DNA of 64,000 nt from Phoronis australis. Its lineage: Eukaryota > Animalia > Phoronida. The position numbers and the translations under genes were made by a program. This document shows positions 26,660-40,219 of this stretch, piece by piece (position 1 is the stretch's first letter; every line of letters starts with the position of its first letter). A model generated the notes under the pieces. It was not told the origin of the DNA and did not search any database. It was given only the letters and a program-made list of their open reading frames with translations. The stretch covers positions 52,287-116,286 of the forward strand of contig NMRA01000860.1 in NCBI GenBank assembly GCA_002633005.1, written 5' to 3'.

Positions 26660-27550
26660 TCTTCAAAGGAGCAATTGCAGATTCCGTCTTCATCGTAGTG
26701 GGGCCAGTTTTGGATCTCTTTGTTCCTGCAATAGGTTGTAAAATGGCCAGAGTGTTAGGAGACTCTGCCACAAGTGATAAGACTCACCAGAGCTTGTGCG
26801 GCACTGTGGTTGAATATTCGTCTTCTTATCAAAGTCAAGATGCGATTGTGTCTTTTCATTGTGCTCCATGGTCTGATGGATTCTCTGCACATCGACGATG
26901 AAGACATCTGGAGGTGACGATATCTTGGGCGGGATTGCATGTGGCTGCTGGATTGCTTGACCTTTCAGACGGCATTTATAGCATGAAGGGGTGTTATCAG
27001 CCAATATTTTACTTTTGACGAATTCGTTCATGATGTCAGAGATGTTAAGTAGTTGATTTTGTCCAGTAGGAAGACGTAGGTGATCCGCCAAAGACCATGT
27101 GATTGTGAGGATAGGCTCTTCAATGTACTGAGAGTTGCCACAAGTGCAACATGATACTTCTGTAAGCAACAGTCCTTTAAACTGGCCAGTGATGTAAGAG
27201 TTTTTCATTTCCATTCTGTTCGGTAGATCGAACAAGAATTCATGGCAGTCCTGAGTTGCCATCCATTGCCATAGGCTGGCAAAAGTTATGGAATTAACTG
27301 CACAGATCAGCTTTTCAGGGCTCTTTTTCGATGTAGAAGGTATGTACTTGCAATCTGAGATCAATCCTTCATAATTGCATTTTTCCTGTCGTATTCGTTG
27401 GACATGTGTTCTACTGATGGCACAATCAGTTCAATTATGATGATTGTTCGTGAGAATATGGTGACATCAGGCCATTTGGCTGCAGCGGCAATATGAGGAG
27501 GGAATACAACCTACATGCATTGTCTTCATTTGGGTTTGCCAATAGTTTAG
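26660..27550 (-). pseudogene. Decayed intronless ubiquitin-specific protease (peptidase C19/USP) domain
   Basis: ORF 27364-26690 has QDCHEFL, FKGLLLTEVSCCTCGN..EEP, CYKC and PDVFIVDVQR. A shifted frame gives a His box (HSGHFTTY..WPHYDE). A candidate Cys box (LANPNEDNACRLYSLL) lies at ~27545-27495. Confidence 0.75.
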
Positions 27551-27577
27551 CATAACGTCATTGTAAAATTTGATGTC

Positions 27578-27716
27578 ACCTCCCTCCCCCTCTCCCTCTC
27601 TCTCAATCTCCCTGTCTCTAACTCTCTCCCTCCGTCTGTCCCTTCCTCCATTCCTCCTTCCCATCGTCCCTCCCGCTCCCTTTGTGTGTGTGTGTGTGTC
27701 TCTCTCTCTCTCTCTC
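27578..27716. repeat. CT/GT low-complexity microsatellite
   Basis: Pyrimidine tract plus (GT)n(CT)n. Confidence 0.9.
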
Positions 27717-28996
27717 GTCTTACGTAGGCCTACCCCACTGGTAGTTGCTATGTCCCGTTGTTCATATTGTTCAAGTTTATTGTATGTCACTAAGTGGTCC
27801 CCTGTGCCATTTTATTTTAGATCTACATGTATTCAGAAGTCTGTAGCACACCCTTGAGAAAGAGCGCAGCGCTCGATACGTGGGGACATCATTTTTAATA
27901 TATTTTAGTACCGACNTGTAGGACTCGTCCATTTGCGCCGCTGCCTGGCATGATGGTCGTATACAGCCTTGGAGCCCTGATCCTTTGAAGAGAACAGTCA
28001 ATTGGTTAACAGGGGGGACGATGCACACTGTACCCGGTACTACAAGATATGGGAAATCATCGAAAACGTATGTTTTAAAGAAAAAAATCTCTATTTAGTA
28101 GCAATGAACACTATGTTAAAACTTAACTGTAAAACTTTACTTCACTGATGCTCGAATTCTCCAATCTTTCAAAGACAGGACTGATCTTGAAATACACCAA
28201 AACACGATTGTAATCAAGAACCTTTAATTGTAAAACACGGATCCAAAATAGGCGAAGGCGGGTCCTCGAAATAAAATAGACGAGCGATGATAAAGACAGA
28301 TCATTAAGTTTTCTACAAACTCACCCCAGTTAAGATTTTTCCTCGTGGTATTTTAAAATATTTACACTACCAGTCCAATTGCATTTCCTTGTAGTGTACT
28401 TTATCCCACCATTATGTGTGCTATGAAAACGCTTACTGGTGTAACTAATGTTGTTACCGAACATAATAGTGTTTGAATGAAGCTTGACGTAATAACTAAG
28501 ATCTCGCATAATTTACGCATTCGGATTGCCTAAAGATTTAGTGCCGTGAATACGTCGCAGCTCGTTTGTCTGCCAAGAACCTATTTTAATTTGCGTCCCT
28601 TAAATATTATCAAAGACACACCGTCACACTTGCAAAGGATTTCGCCATATTTGTTTTGCGCGAGCTTCAATATATGGGGTTTTTGAGCCAGCATTTTAAA
28701 GGCGAAGGCAACCTTTTCTCATGTCATTTTTAGCAAAAATAAGGTTCGTTGGTTATCCCAAACATATTTTACACTTAACCGTAATTTTTCGTAATTTAAT
28801 TAATTAATTGTCCTCTACTCCGGAAGTGACGTTTTGGGAGGCAAGAATTTCGCGGCAATTTGTCTTTGCGTTGAGTTTAGTGTGAGGATCTGTACTACTT
28901 TTGTTTTCGTGCTGTTTTTCGAAAATCGTCGTCACCACTGTTAGAGAACCCAATTACGTTGGATTTAGGGATTCTTTAGCTTGTATTAATCTGAAA

Positions 28997-29145
28997 ATGA
29001 CTGGAGTCGGCGACCCATATCACAGTGACAGTACTGACGTGAGTAACGGAGACATTGTTCATAAAGCAGTGGTGACGAGGAATTTTTTCTCGGACAGTCA
29101 ATTGTTGGGTATACTTTGTATGTTTAAGCCCGAGTATAATGAGGC
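28997..29145 (+). pseudogene. N-terminus of Kolobok accessory (KolX-like) gene
   Basis: MTGVGDPYHSDS...GILCMFKPEY (PYMFEPEY-like), truncated where it meets the transposase remnant. Confidence 0.5.
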
Positions 29146-29149
29146 ATGG

Positions 29150-29896
29150 TATGCACAGGCACAACTGTCCCACTTGCCCCAGTGTCCTGCGACACACTCC
29201 CACTGGATGGTGGCCTGAGCACCCAAACTGCTTACATCCCGCACTGTGACTCCCTCGCCACACACCTGCCACTTTTTAAGTAGCTCCAATACTTTAGACA
29301 AGTCCACAATAAACTTATCAAAGTTTGGCTCACCGATCTGTTCGTTGGACGACGTACTGTCCGCTTCACTGGATTTCGAACTGGGCCTGTATTCACTCCC
29401 ACAACTCAACATCGCTGCAGGGCTGCTTACAGGCTCTGTGTTAGAAACAACAGCACAGGGCGAATCACTGCTACAGTAGTTCCCAGAATTGCAGGCTCTG
29501 TACCTTCGGAGGCACGCGTGACAGTAGATGAAGTGCCTCCAGTCACTGTAGTGGGCATAGCTCGCGACGCTTCTCGCTTCAAAAACGCACTTCTCGGGGG
29601 TGGCGGCGGAGAACTGCCGGGAACCAGCAGCTACGGTATCGCACCCTTCTTCAGGCGTTGTTTCGCAGGGACCTTCATCAATTCAGCGTACATATCCATC
29701 TAGTCGTAATCTGACGGCAGAAAATGCTTGCCACACACTCGGTAACCCTCGGTAACTTTGAACGTTGCGCTGACGGGTAACGCTGCGCTCGAGCCAAGTA
29801 CGGCGAAGTGTGTCATCCTTTGGAAATCGATGCAAAACCTGGTATTCCCACGAGACGATGATGAGTACATCCCGGTACGCAGCAACAGTGTGGCAT
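29150..29896 (-). pseudogene. Kolobok transposase N-terminal part with THAP domain
   Basis: MPHCCCVPGC, HRFPKDDTLRRTWL, RVCGKHF, LKKGAIP (THAP), then KFIVDLSKVLELL..VCG..G..CVAGHWGKWDS. Frameshifted, and no DDE region is present. Confidence 0.85.
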
Positions 29897-32800
29897 GTTG
29901 TCTGATTCGTAAACAAAAGCAAACGACGACCGAACTGATCACAACCGAGGTACGACAATGCTCTCACAGTCAGACTATATGAAAAGAAATTAGCGCGAAA
30001 TTCTTGCCTCCCAAAACGCCACATCCGGAGTAGAGTACGAGTAATTAATTAAATTACGAAAAGCTGTAATTAAGTGAAAAATATGTCTGGGATAACCAAC
30101 GAACCTTATTTTTGCTAAAAATGACATGAAAAAGTTTGCCTTCGCCTTTAAGCTGATTTCTTGTCTCAGTGATCATCAAACTGACACTTGAAATTGGAAA
30201 TAAATGGAACACTACGTATATGCAATGGCCATGTTGAACTGACATGTGCTGTCTTTCCAAGTCATTATCTCTCCCGGACACACCTCCATTTGCCGCCATT
30301 TTTGGTTTCATCCGAAATGTAATTGTACATCCAACTCCTTTTATACTCATGCTATAGGGAGATAGGTGCCAGTGGAGAACTGCGGGTTGTCTTATTACGA
30401 CAACCACTCTATACAAATCGATTGCCGGCCTATTTAATTTCAAGAAAAAAAACCAGTTCACTCGCGGTGAACGACGCATGGAATACCTGTTATTGGGTTG
30501 CACATCTCTCAAGGAAGCCGATTTTGGAAACGCAACATTTCAAGACATGACACTCTTGGATGTACATGTAGGTGCATTGCCAAACAAATGTATGGGTTCA
30601 ATTATCTATGCAAATATTTTTTGTCACTTGTTCGAGGTTGGTTCTGCGCAGTCTAAGGGTCATACCGTAAGATCAAACGGTGAGTGTCAAATATAATAGG
30701 AGCCACGTCGCAAAATAACTGTTATGGATATGGCCAGACTGCGTTTGTCGCAGCAAACCGTTCTGTGTCGCGTGTTAAACGTCACAGCACTTACTTAGAT
30801 TATTCCAATTTCAGGTCTAAAACGAATACATGTAGGTTTCTCGAAATGATCTGAAAATGTATGTTTCCACTACCAAGAGACACTCAGTTGCAAGGGGTAT
30901 TTCTAAAACTACCAGTCAATAAAGTTCTTTAATCAAGGTGCTTGGGAACCTACTTCAATAAAAGTTGTAGTTAACGGCCATTTAATCAGAGCCATATCTT
31001 AAAATTGAATCGATATTTCACTAAAATTAAATGTTGTTAAGTTAAATCTGTTTCAAATATTGGAAGGAAAGCATGTCTAAATAGTAGCCATAAGTGCTAA
31101 AGAGACTGAATACCAAGAAGAAAGCACCAGTTTTTTAATGGGGAAACACCAAGAAGTATGCTTATCAGTGTTAATGTCAAAATAATGATACATGAAACAC
31201 ATTTACATGTATTGTGTTCATATAGCAGGTATATAAGGTATATATCGAGGATTGAATGGAAAATTTGATGCATCCGAATGTCTTCCGTCCAATTTCATTC
31301 GTTATCTTTTTCTTTAGCGGCAGCTTCTACAAAGAACGTCCTACATATTTCTTTACCAGTGATCGCTTATCAGGTAATTCACAAGTTTTCATTTTGAACA
31401 ACTAAAATGCAGTAATAATATGCGATACTGTGCGAAGTTGTAAATTACTTCGGCAATTATAGATTGATACGTTCAGATAAATATTGATTTCGTCATGATT
31501 TGTCTTTCAAATCTGATTTCGTTGTAAATGGCTTTTATCTTGAGTATCAATAGAAAATGAATAAAAATAATTGTCGTCAAGCCGTCCAAGTGCATGAGTT
31601 TGTATGCGAAATAAAACCTTTTTTGTGGGATTTCCACTTATAATGAAAGTCCGTATATAGGCGTTGCGCCTTCACTCCACAATTTTGCGGCGCATGCGGG
31701 TCTCCCTGTGCATGCATGCGTTTAGAACTACAATACATGTGCGTATGTATGGTATATATTTATTTATTTTAGTGACAAGTGTACATGTAATAAATCCAAA
31801 CATAATTGATATAACATTCGTAAGAAAGATAAGTACCCATCTTTTTAGTCACTTTAACTACACAACTCAGATGTACCAGAAATGCAAAGATTTCTAAGTT
31901 CAAAAGCAGACTTGATATATTTGGAGAATTGCCTAGGGGAATTGTGAAACAGAAGCAGAAGTTTTAATGTATTTAGCCTTCTGAATTCTTCAAAGTTCGG
32001 GACTTGAAGTGAAGCATAGTAGTTAAACCTCAGTGAGTTAGAAAGATAACAAAATGTAGCTCATCCTCAACAGAATCTGTGTCACAACACAGCGTCTTTC
32101 GCTTACATGAGTATTTACGAAACGACCAGTTTCCAAGTGCAGTGGGAGATTTGCTGTTCTAAACTGGGCCAAAAGAGGTCGCTCGGGACGATATAAATTA
32201 AGCTTCTCACACGATCCGTTAAAATTCGTGCTGAAATAAGCTTTAGGTTCTTAACTTGGGTTTTAAATGCAACAGAAGCAGTCCAAACATGTTTCGAGTA
32301 TTCAAATAGTTTGTTTCAAACATTTACTATGTAACAAGTAATCAAATTTTGAACACAAAGCTGCATCCCTATTATGCTAAACAATTTTTGATGCTATCCA
32401 TCCAACTGTTTTTAACAAAGCAATACCATAGAAATATCTTTTTCAATAACCTATCATCACCTGTAGCTTCTGATTTGTTCCGAAAACGCAATATATTAAA
32501 TTTTGCGAAATAATGTGTTTTTAGAGAGCACTTCTTAAGTGTCCCACATATGGGGCACGCGCCTAAACAATTAGGCGCAGGTCTGCAGTATATGAATCTT
32601 TTAAATCCTTTACAATAGGTGCAAAGTCTTACTTTGACAGACAACTCTTTGCAGCATTTCATATTACAACGAGCTCTATACTTTGCGTGAATTCAAGGTT
32701 TTACCACAATACGCATACGAGCACAAGTCCATTAGTGACCATTTAGGCAAACGCTTTTACATATGACTGTCAAGACAGATTCCACTTTTGAAAGACCATT

Positions 32801-33088
32801 ACGCGAAAACGACTTAGCCGCGAAGATTCATATGTACATGCATGAGCATACAATTTAGACCAAGCCATAAGTGACGACTCTGCACATTGATTAGTTTCAT
32901 GAGGGCGACTTACTCGGGATATTGACTATTGCACATATGTACATGTAGGCCTACATGTACAGGTGTACTGTCTAAGCGAACGAACCTCGATTTTCTAATG
33001 ACCTGCCATGCTATTTGATCTTCTGCTACCTTCATTGCTACTTCACTATAAGAATACAACGGGACTGTACAGTTAAAACTTGTTGCAG

Positions 33089-33331
33089 AAACTTTGTACG
33101 ATATCAGCAGTGTTGTGAACACTAAATCAAAGACCATTCAATGTTTCGGAGACGGCATTACAAATCCAAGAGGCAACGCAGAGCTGACTATTGAAGAGTT
33201 TGGGAAACCATTGACACGTACTCCTGCACAAATCACGTATCGAGAATATGGTGTTTTCCTTTGCACGTACAGTGGAAACAACGAGAGTCTTTATTCACAA
33301 GTGATCACCGTGGCTCCACAGACGCAGGACA
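33089..33331 (+). CDS. Tie1/2: Tie-like receptor exon: probable first Ig-like domain
   Basis: tgcag| ... |gtaagt, 243 bp, phase 1-1, open. IQC...YGVFLC Ig-like cysteine pair. In frame with the next exon. Confidence 0.75.
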
Positions 33332-35327
33332 GTAAGTCACATGATAGATCACCAAATCGTTTCTAAAGCAGATGAAAGTGACAGTTTCTATCTCACGGTG
33401 GAATTCTCAAAGTCAGTTAAAATAAGAAAGGCTATCGTAATGTGTTGTCACATTAAATTTGTAAAAAATAATATTTGGAATGTTACTCATGAGAATTATC
33501 AAGCCATTTTCTTGGAAATTAGACCTACCTGTTGACGCTGTTCCGCCGTTGTACATCTATACCCAAAGACTACACATCAAAATGGAAGACATTGCATTTT
33601 ATTTTCTATATGTTTGGTATATATCACCATAGTTATACTTTAATTCCATTACGTAATGCTGGAGAACTACATGTATTTCTATTATTTTCATCTGACACCC
33701 CTTTCGAATCTGCCTGACCATCAGTGTTGTATCCTGCTTGTTATTATTCATCTTCCGTATGTCAATTAATTGCCTCAATGCCGTACGTCTATTTACTGGT
33801 TTAAATTTGAAGTGCACGTACTCACACTGAAATATCTGTCTTTTGTTTGCCAGCAGATCAAATCTTGATAAGTTTTACAAAAACGTTTGGTGGCAAAGTC
33901 ATGTTAGAAGCAAATAAGACGTTCATGTATAACAATAATCTAAGCCTGTCACTGCTTGGAGGACGCCAAGCGCCAAATTCAGAATTTCTAATCTCTTTAT
34001 TCTTGGCTCATGACTGCAAGGTAGCTAAGGAAGTCACTACTTCACAATCATCACGTACGAAACACTACATATATTATTGTTTATTGTGTAGCTAATTGAT
34101 TCACAGTAACTAAGGATAGGCAAGGTCACGTACAAAAGAGCTGCTTCCTGGCAAGCCACTTGTGTTTGATATATCTTTACTTAATCATTGTTGAAACTGG
34201 AAAGTTTCGATTCCTGGTAAATTCTGTCAGAAATATCTACGGGTACAGGTTGTATGCCTTTGTTTCAGTCCAACATTTCAATATTAAATATAGAACAGAA
34301 CTTGCAAAGTAGTCACTGAAGTTCTCTAAGACAGTGCCTGTACTTCAGTGGCCTTTCCGTTCCGCCGGGTCAACCGGCTAAGACAAATAATTGCTCTGCA
34401 AGCAGGAAGTCGTCAACGAAAACCTGTAAGATGTCTGTCAATTGACTTGGCTATGTCAATTAGCACAAAAATTACACAAACTTGTATTCTCTGTTGTATG
34501 AAATTCATTCCATGAAAATATTATGGTGAAACAAAACTACATGTATACGTATAGTCTTGTAGACTAAATTGCGAATTTTCGGCAATTGCAAGCCCTTCTA
34601 TTCGAATAAAATCTCATAAAGACATGACCTTAGTAGCTGGAATTTATAGTACGTCCATACAAATCGACACATTCAGATTCCGTGAGATAATGAGGGATAA
34701 CACATGTCGAATCCGCTGAACTAAGACCGCGCTAGGAAATGTGTTTTCGGTTTTTCGATCCTCCTTAATCTAGTACATTTGAAATTGACTTGTCGCCGAA
34801 ATTTTGAGTGACAGCTTAATTGACCTACTAGCGCAGCATTTCTGACACACCTTCCTTTCCAAGCCGACAAACAACACGTTGCCGAGTAAAACTTATTGTA
34901 TTTTTGTCAACTTTTCGCAAGGGGGCGGAGCTTGCCATAGGTCAATTGTACTACGACAGTTTTATTGACATTACAGGCACTTGTAACCATCTCTTTACCT
35001 GGAAATGAAATTGTGCTTAAGGAAAAAATCCCCAAAAACTAAATACTCATTATTAAGTTGTACCTTGCACATTATTAAACAGAGAGTACAGTAGACAGTG
35101 TTTGAGAACAATGAAAGACAAATGATTTGGAAACAGCAGTAGACAAAATAAATATTTTGGGAAGATGGACACGGCGTTTTCTTACCAAATTTTTGACAGT
35201 TTTCCCTACTTCAGCCATTCTGAGTCTTTCCTATTTCCTAACTAATTAAACCAAACATGAAAAAATGACGATTTTATTGGTTAAAAAATCTATAGATACA
35301 AAAAATACAACCAAGTCAGGAACATTT

Positions 35328-35785
35328 TTATTAATCCGGCGTCAGGCGTCCGACGTCATCTGCTGTATATGTATTTCCAAACCCCTTGATGCATGTTCAT
35401 AAAAATTTGCAGGAATGTACCTTGTATAGGTGGGACGGCATGAGATAGTTTTCGGACAGATTCGACAACTGGTGTGTCCCCTAGTTGTAATTTTATTTTT
35501 TTTAGGTTTGCCTCTGTATCTTAGGTGTTCCTGAACGGATTTTCATGAAATTTGATAAACGGGTATCTATTAGGAAGGTGACATAACCTTCACATTTTTA
35601 AATGGAATTGACGTATTTTGCGCCACCTAGTTGTCTGCTTCTAACATGATTGCCATCAAAGCCAAAATTTCTGATTTTTGCCGTCTGACCATAACTCACA
35701 TGTACCTAAAACAGGATGATATTCAAAGCTGGAAGTCAGATTCTGAGGTTTTTGCGTAAATTGATTTATATACCCGATGCTCGTT
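35328..35785. repeat. Degenerate HINE/pearl-like repeat remnant in intron
   Basis: Starts in a T-run, followed by a (ggcgtc)n-like tract and ~140-bp-spaced motifs (ttcat-aaaa/gaaa-tttg, cctagttgt). Confidence 0.3.
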
Positions 35786-35831
35786 CATACTATAACTAAA
35801 AACGTTAGCAAAAGCATGCTTTTATCCACAG

Positions 35832-36077
35832 TTATATTCAATCCTGACAATGTTACAATAAGAGCAAGCGTTGGTGACAGTGTGACGTTCATTGTGTCCG
35901 ATACCAGATATAATTGTAAGGAGCGTATACGTTGGACCAAAGATGGTGTCAGCAAACCACACTGGAATGGAAAACGCAAAGTGCGGATGTTTGCTAAAAT
36001 CGAACGAGGAGGCGTTTACAAAGTTCATTGTCCTAGTGGTGAATCGTGGCCAACAATGATTCGTCTAATCGTAAGAG
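35832..36077 (+). CDS. Tie1/2: Tie-like receptor exon: second Ig-like domain
   Basis: cacag|...|gtatag, 246 bp, phase 1-1. FNPDNVTIRASVGDSVTF..W.KDG..GGVY..RLIVR; RLIVR also precedes the EGF region of vertebrate Tie. Confidence 0.9.
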
Positions 36078-37060
36078 GTATAGTATAACGCTAAGTTGCA
36101 TGAAACAACCTTAGTTCAATTGCTTTGCCAAGGTGTACACATAAACTACCGTTGTTCACAGATTTTACTGGTACGGTAAAAACTCACGAATTTTGCACCA
36201 AACAATTGATAAACTTAACCGCCCTCATTGTTCATTGTTTTCTAACATAGTTATATATTACACAGGTTTTCGAATAACGTAGAAATTAAATCTAAAACTA
36301 AATAAGCCGATCTAGATCCTCTCAAGGCTACTATTGTTTCACGAAATGTAGATTATATATAGGCAAGTAAAATAACAAGAATGGATCAACTGAAACTTTC
36401 GGATATACATAGATTATTACCTGGCGAAGTCGTTATCCCCCGTTATCTACAGCCCGAGTGGATTTTGGAGAATTATCGCGCGAGGGGCGTTAGCCCCGAG
36501 GGGGATAATTCTACAAAATCCGCATACTGAACGAGAAACATTGCAATGAATCGATCTACCTTTCTCGACTCGCCTCGGCTTTGTAACTACTATCTATGTC
36601 AGAGGCCCGGGGTCGGAGGTCGTGACCTTTTTATAACAGCCGAGTTATTTTTGTAAAATAATGCTTTTACTCAAAACCAATTGAAAAATAAAACAAAATA
36701 GAAAAAAAAAATCTATAAATTAAGGCTTAGCAACTGTTATAGCTTACTACACATTTTATCAAGCTAAGCTTCGACCGGTATTATATCGTCTGCTAAAGTA
36801 GGTTACCACTAGTAACTGACTATAATGCTCAAGTCAAAGGATCCCGACCACACGACACCTGCATTCAAATTGGAAGTCGGTGATTTACAAGTGAGAGAAC
36901 ACGAGAGAAAAATTGCACTGAATCAAAATATCGTTTTTATGGAAATTATGCGTCTTATTTTTCATAGCGTATAAATCTCGGTGCAATGCCCTTTGCTGAA
37001 CATGCTATTGTTGCGCGTGCTCATTTAAGTATTCTATTTTCACGATCGATGACGTCAGCC

Positions 37061-37129
37061 GCTGAGTGTTGTAGTGGTAAAGTCGGCGACTCGCAACTGT
37101 TGAGGCCCGGGTTCGAATCCGGCCTCGGT
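37061..37129 (+). other. Degenerate tRNA-like Pol III cassette (SINE head or tRNA pseudogene)
   Basis: A-box-like GTAGTGGTAA and B-box GGTTCGAATCC at tRNA spacing. Stems pair poorly. Confidence 0.5.
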
Positions 37130-37915
37130 TTCCCGCCAAAATGTTATCTCACTAGTGAGATAACTTTATGGGTTATTACACGAATGTATCTGCCATTCGA
37201 GGCTAATATTGTGGTATAAAATAACATCCTTCGTTAACAGAAACAAAAATAAAGTAAAATCAAACACTATATGACAATTGACATTTAAGATATGGCGTAA
37301 TGAATATGATACATTGTAGCGGAAAAAATCAAGGATATAATTTAAGAAGGTTTTATGTTTAATCCATTAGGTTCAAGTGTATTAAGCTTATCTATCCAAA
37401 ATTGTTCTCTTTTGAGTCTGTGAGGGGTCCTGGGGTATTGGAGTTTTTCTATTATTTGTACAGAAAAATCTTGAAGATTATGTTTTTTGGAATTGAAATG
37501 ATTACCTACATGTATAGTTATCAGAAATGTTTTTAAGTGTTTTGTTAAATCTATGATTGAGAAACCGAGTTTGTAGATTATGTTGGTTTGTCCTACGTAT
37601 TAGATAGAACATTTTTTACATGTTAATGTAATAATGTTGGTAGTGCAATTACAATGGTGTTTTATTTCAAAGTTTTCATTGGTTTGGAAGACTGGGAGAA
37701 AGTACTGTCGTTGACAAAGTTACACATTTTACATCTAGTTTTGTTACATTGTGTGTTGCCAATAGGTTTGTCAGTTTGGTTTATATTGTCGATATTTGCT
37801 TTAACTAAATATTTTTTTTAGATTTTTACGTTTTCTCCAAGAGATTATAGGTGGATGAGAAAATAAGTTTTTCATTTGAGGGGAAATATGCAGCGTGGAA
37901 AGATGTTTTCTGAAT

Positions 37916-38070
37916 TATCAGCAATGTTTTTATGTATTACGTAAAATATATGATTACGAAACCGATATCAGAAATGTTTTTTATATATTATGTCAAACCT
38001 ATGATTACAAAACCGATATCAGAAATGTTTTTATGTATTATGTTAAATCTCTGATTACGAAACCGATACA
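37916..38070. repeat. ~50-bp minisatellite, ~3 copies
   Basis: tatcagaaatgtttttatgtatta...atgattacgaaaccga repeated, with an outlying copy at ~37519. Confidence 0.8.
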
Positions 38071-39156
38071 GTATTTTCTAGTGAATTCCATGCCGCATAG
38101 CTTGATCATACGAATACATTTATGTAATTCTACACATCTTTCATCGAGAATATAGATTTTATTTAATAGACCGTTACCTGACCTGTATTTGCGATACCTT
38201 ACTGTTGCTTCACGCCCTCGCGAAGTCTAGTTTAGTCGCCTGGCATAAACAGATGTTTAGAGACAGTAATGCACTTTAGTGTATAAAACAATAGAATGTC
38301 ATGATCGGGTAGCCAGCAAATGCCCAAGGAGCTAGTAGTACATATAACGAATATACGTGCTAAACAATCGCAAACAATGTACAGAAAGTACTAGTAAACT
38401 GCATGGTTAGTAATGATAAGGCCACGAGATGTGTATGAGTTCACCAACGTAGGCCTACATGGTAAACGTATGCATGGATTACATGTACATAGAAATTCGT
38501 GATAAGCGAGCCGAAAGTCTTCAGTTTAAGGTTTGGTGCTAAATGAAAAATGGGTACAAGAGACCGGATTTAACATTTAGTGTTCTGCCCCTGTGGTTAC
38601 GATCACATTGCCTTAGAAGGTAGACTTCAAAATAAACTAACACGGGTCTTCAAGGGGTGTGTGATTTTTTCGCGTGAAATTGCTTCAAGAAATTGATACT
38701 GTTCAGTGACACTGACTATGGGCATTACATTTGCCTGAAACCTTGCTTGTGAAATTCAGTTACAATGTACATTGATAAAACTTTCATGAAATGTCACGAT
38801 TATCATTAACGAATTTATAAAACATTCAGGTAAATATTATTTTTATACCAAATAAGAAATCATTTCAATTAAAATTTGATTCACCATTGAGATATTAATG
38901 CAAGTCACGCATTATATTAGTCTTCATATTCGTTTTTATTCCCATCTCGTTTTTGTTTCTTTTTATTTTTTAATGCAAGAGACAATACCGATCCATAGAA
39001 AACTACATTGATTAACACATTCACCTAAATACAGCCACGTACAAATGTATGAACATGCATATTATCTAAAACTTCAATGCTTTGTCCTAAATATGCATTT
39101 TAAAATAAATGGAGGCACCTGTTGAAGCCATGTGTGTCGTCATTTTTTTCTATTAA

Positions 39157-39342
<186 letters not shown>

Positions 39343-40069
39343 TAACTAGCGACAATGAGGACAATATGATGTCCGATCTCCAACTGTCTAGACCATTGTA
39401 GGGTTTTAGTGTTTTTAAGTCCTTTGTCTTCTGCCTCCCTGTCCACAAAACTTATTGAAGAATCACAATGAGATGTAGGTGGTGTGTTCCTATTGAGGAG
39501 AGCACTTTTGACTTGCTTTAAACAGTCTAGAGGCCATTATTAACTTTACTAGCATTGCTCTATTTAGTAGGAATGTTTGAAAAAAAAAACATAATATCTT
39601 GTAAGTGCGCTTTACGCTAAGCAGACAGTGGGTGCATATCAATGCCCTGCGTCGCTTTTGGAGACTGATCCACTAGGTTACCTTCAACCCGACAATTATC
39701 CGTTCCTTGGAAAATTGGTTTTACAACTCTTGAGAAAACGCCACTGTTTTCAGTCTCTCTTAAATAACAAAATATATCTGCCGCCCACTTTACTTAAGCC
39801 TCTTAGTTGATGGGATAAAAATAGTATCTGCAAAAATGTAGTGTAAGCCCACTGATTTCCTTTTTATGTTCCTACAAGGAGAACAACTGCACGATTGCAA
39901 CGTTTTTGGAACTGAGCAAAATGAGTGGATTTCTTTATTTATGATTTGCATTCGCCCCTCAACAAGGCCCCTTCTTCAACCATGCTATGTCCAAAGGCAT
40001 ATATTACATGATGGGGAATTGCTTTGTTGACTTTTCGGTTTATTGTTCCCTTGGTGTTTTTGTTTACAG

Positions 40070-40219
40070 CATGTGGTTCCAACCTTTTCGGTAGAGAATG
40101 TACCGCAACCTGTGACGAAACAGGGGCAGACAATGGTTGCAAGGATAAGATCATCTGCACTCTTGATCCTTATGGATGCTCGTGTGCGGCAGGCTTTCAT
40201 GGAGTCAAGTGTGACCTAG
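40070..40219 (+). CDS. Tie1/2: Tie-like receptor exon: EGF-like domain 2
   Basis: tacag|...|gtatag, 150 bp. CGSNLFGREC...C..DPYGCSCAAGF; DPYGCSC is characteristic of Tie. Confidence 0.93.
   Translation, partial: HVVPTFSVENVPQPVTKQGQTMVARIRSSALLILMDARVRQAFMESSVT

Larger units (their letters stand above)
28700..30147 (-). mobile_element. Kolobok DNA transposon, internally deleted
   Basis: TTAA|AGGCGAAGGCAA ... TTGCCTTCGCCT|TTAA, ~160-bp imperfect TIRs, and convergent THAP-transposase (-) and KolX-like (+) remnants. Confidence 0.92.

Noticed and set aside
27467-27857. RE-rich and SL-rich ORFs
   Set aside because: Translations of a CT/GT microsatellite.
31268-31373. Candidate first exon of the Tie-like gene (ATG...cag|gtaatt, phase 1)
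   Set aside because: Phase fits, but the peptide is not a convincing signal sequence; cannot be supported without transcripts.
37061-37129. Functional tRNA gene
   Set aside because: Acceptor, anticodon and T stems pair poorly and no T-run terminator follows.
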